From Acidimicrobiales bacterium (GTDB taxonomy: Bacteria > Patescibacteriota > Minisyncoccia > Phycocordibacterales > UBA918), in the NCBI GenBank assembly GCA_047638595.1, contig JBLIMJ010000003.1:11710-75709 (forward strand): a DNA stretch of 64,000 bases, written 5' to 3'. The translations under genes and the position numbers were made by a program. Below, in pieces: positions 62,840 through 64,000 of the stretch. Below the pieces are notes generated by a model that saw only the letters and a program-made list of their open reading frames with translations, was not told where the DNA came from and ran no database searches. Position 1 is the stretch's first letter. Every line of letters begins with the position of its first letter.

Positions 62840-63600
62840 AGCGAAAGTGCAGTTAATGTCGTAGTTGCTGTATAGACTCCTGTAGCTTGCACGACAGAGC
62901 TTCCCACGCCCACTCTGAACCGTACAGACGTTTCAGTACCAGTAGGATGGTTTGACCCCGTAGCAGAAGCGATAGCTACTGCAGTGGTAGAAAGCCCATC
63001 CCAGCATGCTGATGCAGCATTTGAAGACCCACTATTACAGGTTACACCACTGTTCAGGAAACGTTGCACTACATCTGCTCCCTCTGGTGTATACCCGAAG
63101 TGTGCATCACCAGAACCTGTAGTAAACGTATAGTCAGGGACTCCTGCAGGAGTATAGTCAGCTATTGTTTCAGCACCATTTTGCATGGCAGGGTTCCCTT
63201 CAGCTTCTATGGTCAATTGGTATCCTGAAATACTGTCTGTAGTGACCGTTACCGTTGTAGATCCATTGGAAGTCCCCCCAGTGACACCACCAATTGATGG
63301 CGACAGTGTCAGACTCGATGACGCTGAACTTACGGCTATATACACCTCTTGCATTTGCTGATACCCCGCACGCAATGAATAACTAGTACTATCGGACTGC
63401 CCTGTAGCAATTTCGCCTGCAGAAGACTCCAAGGAGTAATTGGTTGACGAAGATAATCCTCCCCCTACGTTTACACTGTCACTTTGGATTTGGTAGTTAG
63501 AACTAGTCATCACTTGTGCCCCCGCAATATGCACCGAAAAAAGTAAGACAGGGGTAAAAAGTACCGATGCAATTAATGGTGTAAAGGAACGAATACTCAT
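62836..63600 (-). CDS. Secreted Ser/Thr-rich surface protein
   Basis: Signal peptide; MTSSNYQIQSDS; ends GVYTATTTLTA. Confidence 0.75.
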   Translation of the reverse strand: MSIRSFTPLIASVLFTPVLLFSVHIAGAQVMTSSNYQIQSDSVNVGGGLSSSTNYSLESSAGEIATGQSDSTSYSLRAGYQQMQEVYIAVSSASSSLTLSPSIGGVTGGTSNGSTTVTVTTDSISGYQLTIEAEGNPAMQNGAETIADYTPAGVPDYTFTTGSGDAHFGYTPEGADVVQRFLNSGVTCNSGSSNAASACWDGLSTTAVAIASATGSNHPTGTETSVRFRVGVGSSVVQATGVYTATTTLTALSL

Positions 63601-63678
63601 GACAACAGGTGATATTTATTTACGTCTTAGCTCAAATCGAGTGATGAAGAATCGGGTAACAAGGAACTTGAGTCTGAG

Positions 63679-64000
63679 TTATTGTGTAACCGCAGTCAAT
63701 GTTGCTGTTGCTGTGTATGTACCGGTTGGCACCGCTGGAACAGGTCCAGCTGGTACGTCTACACGGAACTGCACAGTTGTCGTCGCGCCTGAAGCAAGTG
63801 TTGCATCACCACGATCTACAATCTGTTGTGCAGCAGTACTGCTTGGTGCAAGCCAACATTCGCTTACGGTATCATCTGTACCTACTCCACATAAAGCACT
63901 ACCATCATCAAGAAATGTGAGATGTATGTCATCATCAGCTTCCGTTACTGGAGCATAGACCGAGTAGCCAAACATTGCGTATGTTTCTTCTTCATCAAAA
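63679..64000 (-). CDS. C-terminal part of a paralogous secreted surface protein (runs off window)
   Basis: FGYS..C..CW..TVQFRV..GTYTATATLTA, similar to the C-terminus of 62836-63600. Confidence 0.7.
   Translation of the reverse strand, partial: FDEEETYAMFGYSVYAPVTEADDDIHLTFLDDGSALCGVGTDDTVSECWLAPSSTAAQQIVDRGDATLASGATTTVQFRVDVPAGPVPAVPTGTYTATATLTAVTQ

Overview
Housekeeping-rich chromosomal segment of a small-genome Patescibacteria/CPR bacterium (Parcubacteria, probably Kaiserbacteria-like; lineage inferred from gene content, shortened PheS/PheT/ThrS, scattered pilins, standard code 11). Most genes are on the minus strand: rpoD, dnaG, rpoBC, trmD, khpA, rpsP, smc, rnc, a nusB-NUDIX fusion, rpmF, rnhB, gyrB, pheST, tRNA-Thr(TGT), tsf, rpsB, prfA, rpmE, rplY and a gap-rpiB-rpe-tkt cluster; rnr, dnaE and thrS are on plus. 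No CRISPR array, transposase or prophage was seen. The most striking observations: (1) four 126-128 bp covarying hairpin elements sitting on the stop codons of rpoC, khpA, nusB and gyrB, three of which have an outer arm that is an inverted copy of the host gene's last codons, with related motifs around tRNA-Thr; (2) a sortase locus whose likely substrate has an internal VPYTG motif followed by a TM helix and a ~255 aa cytoplasmic domain, interrupted by two foreign-looking secreted-protein genes; (3) a TrpR-like gene bracketed by four ATATCAT-NN-ATGATAT palindromes; (4) a T-box before thrS with an aberrant, repeat-containing Stem I region; (5) a candidate ~300 nt ncRNA between rpsP and rnr; (6) apparently leaderless core genes versus SD-led orphan mini-genes. 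All calls are by eye; no database searches or folding programs were run.
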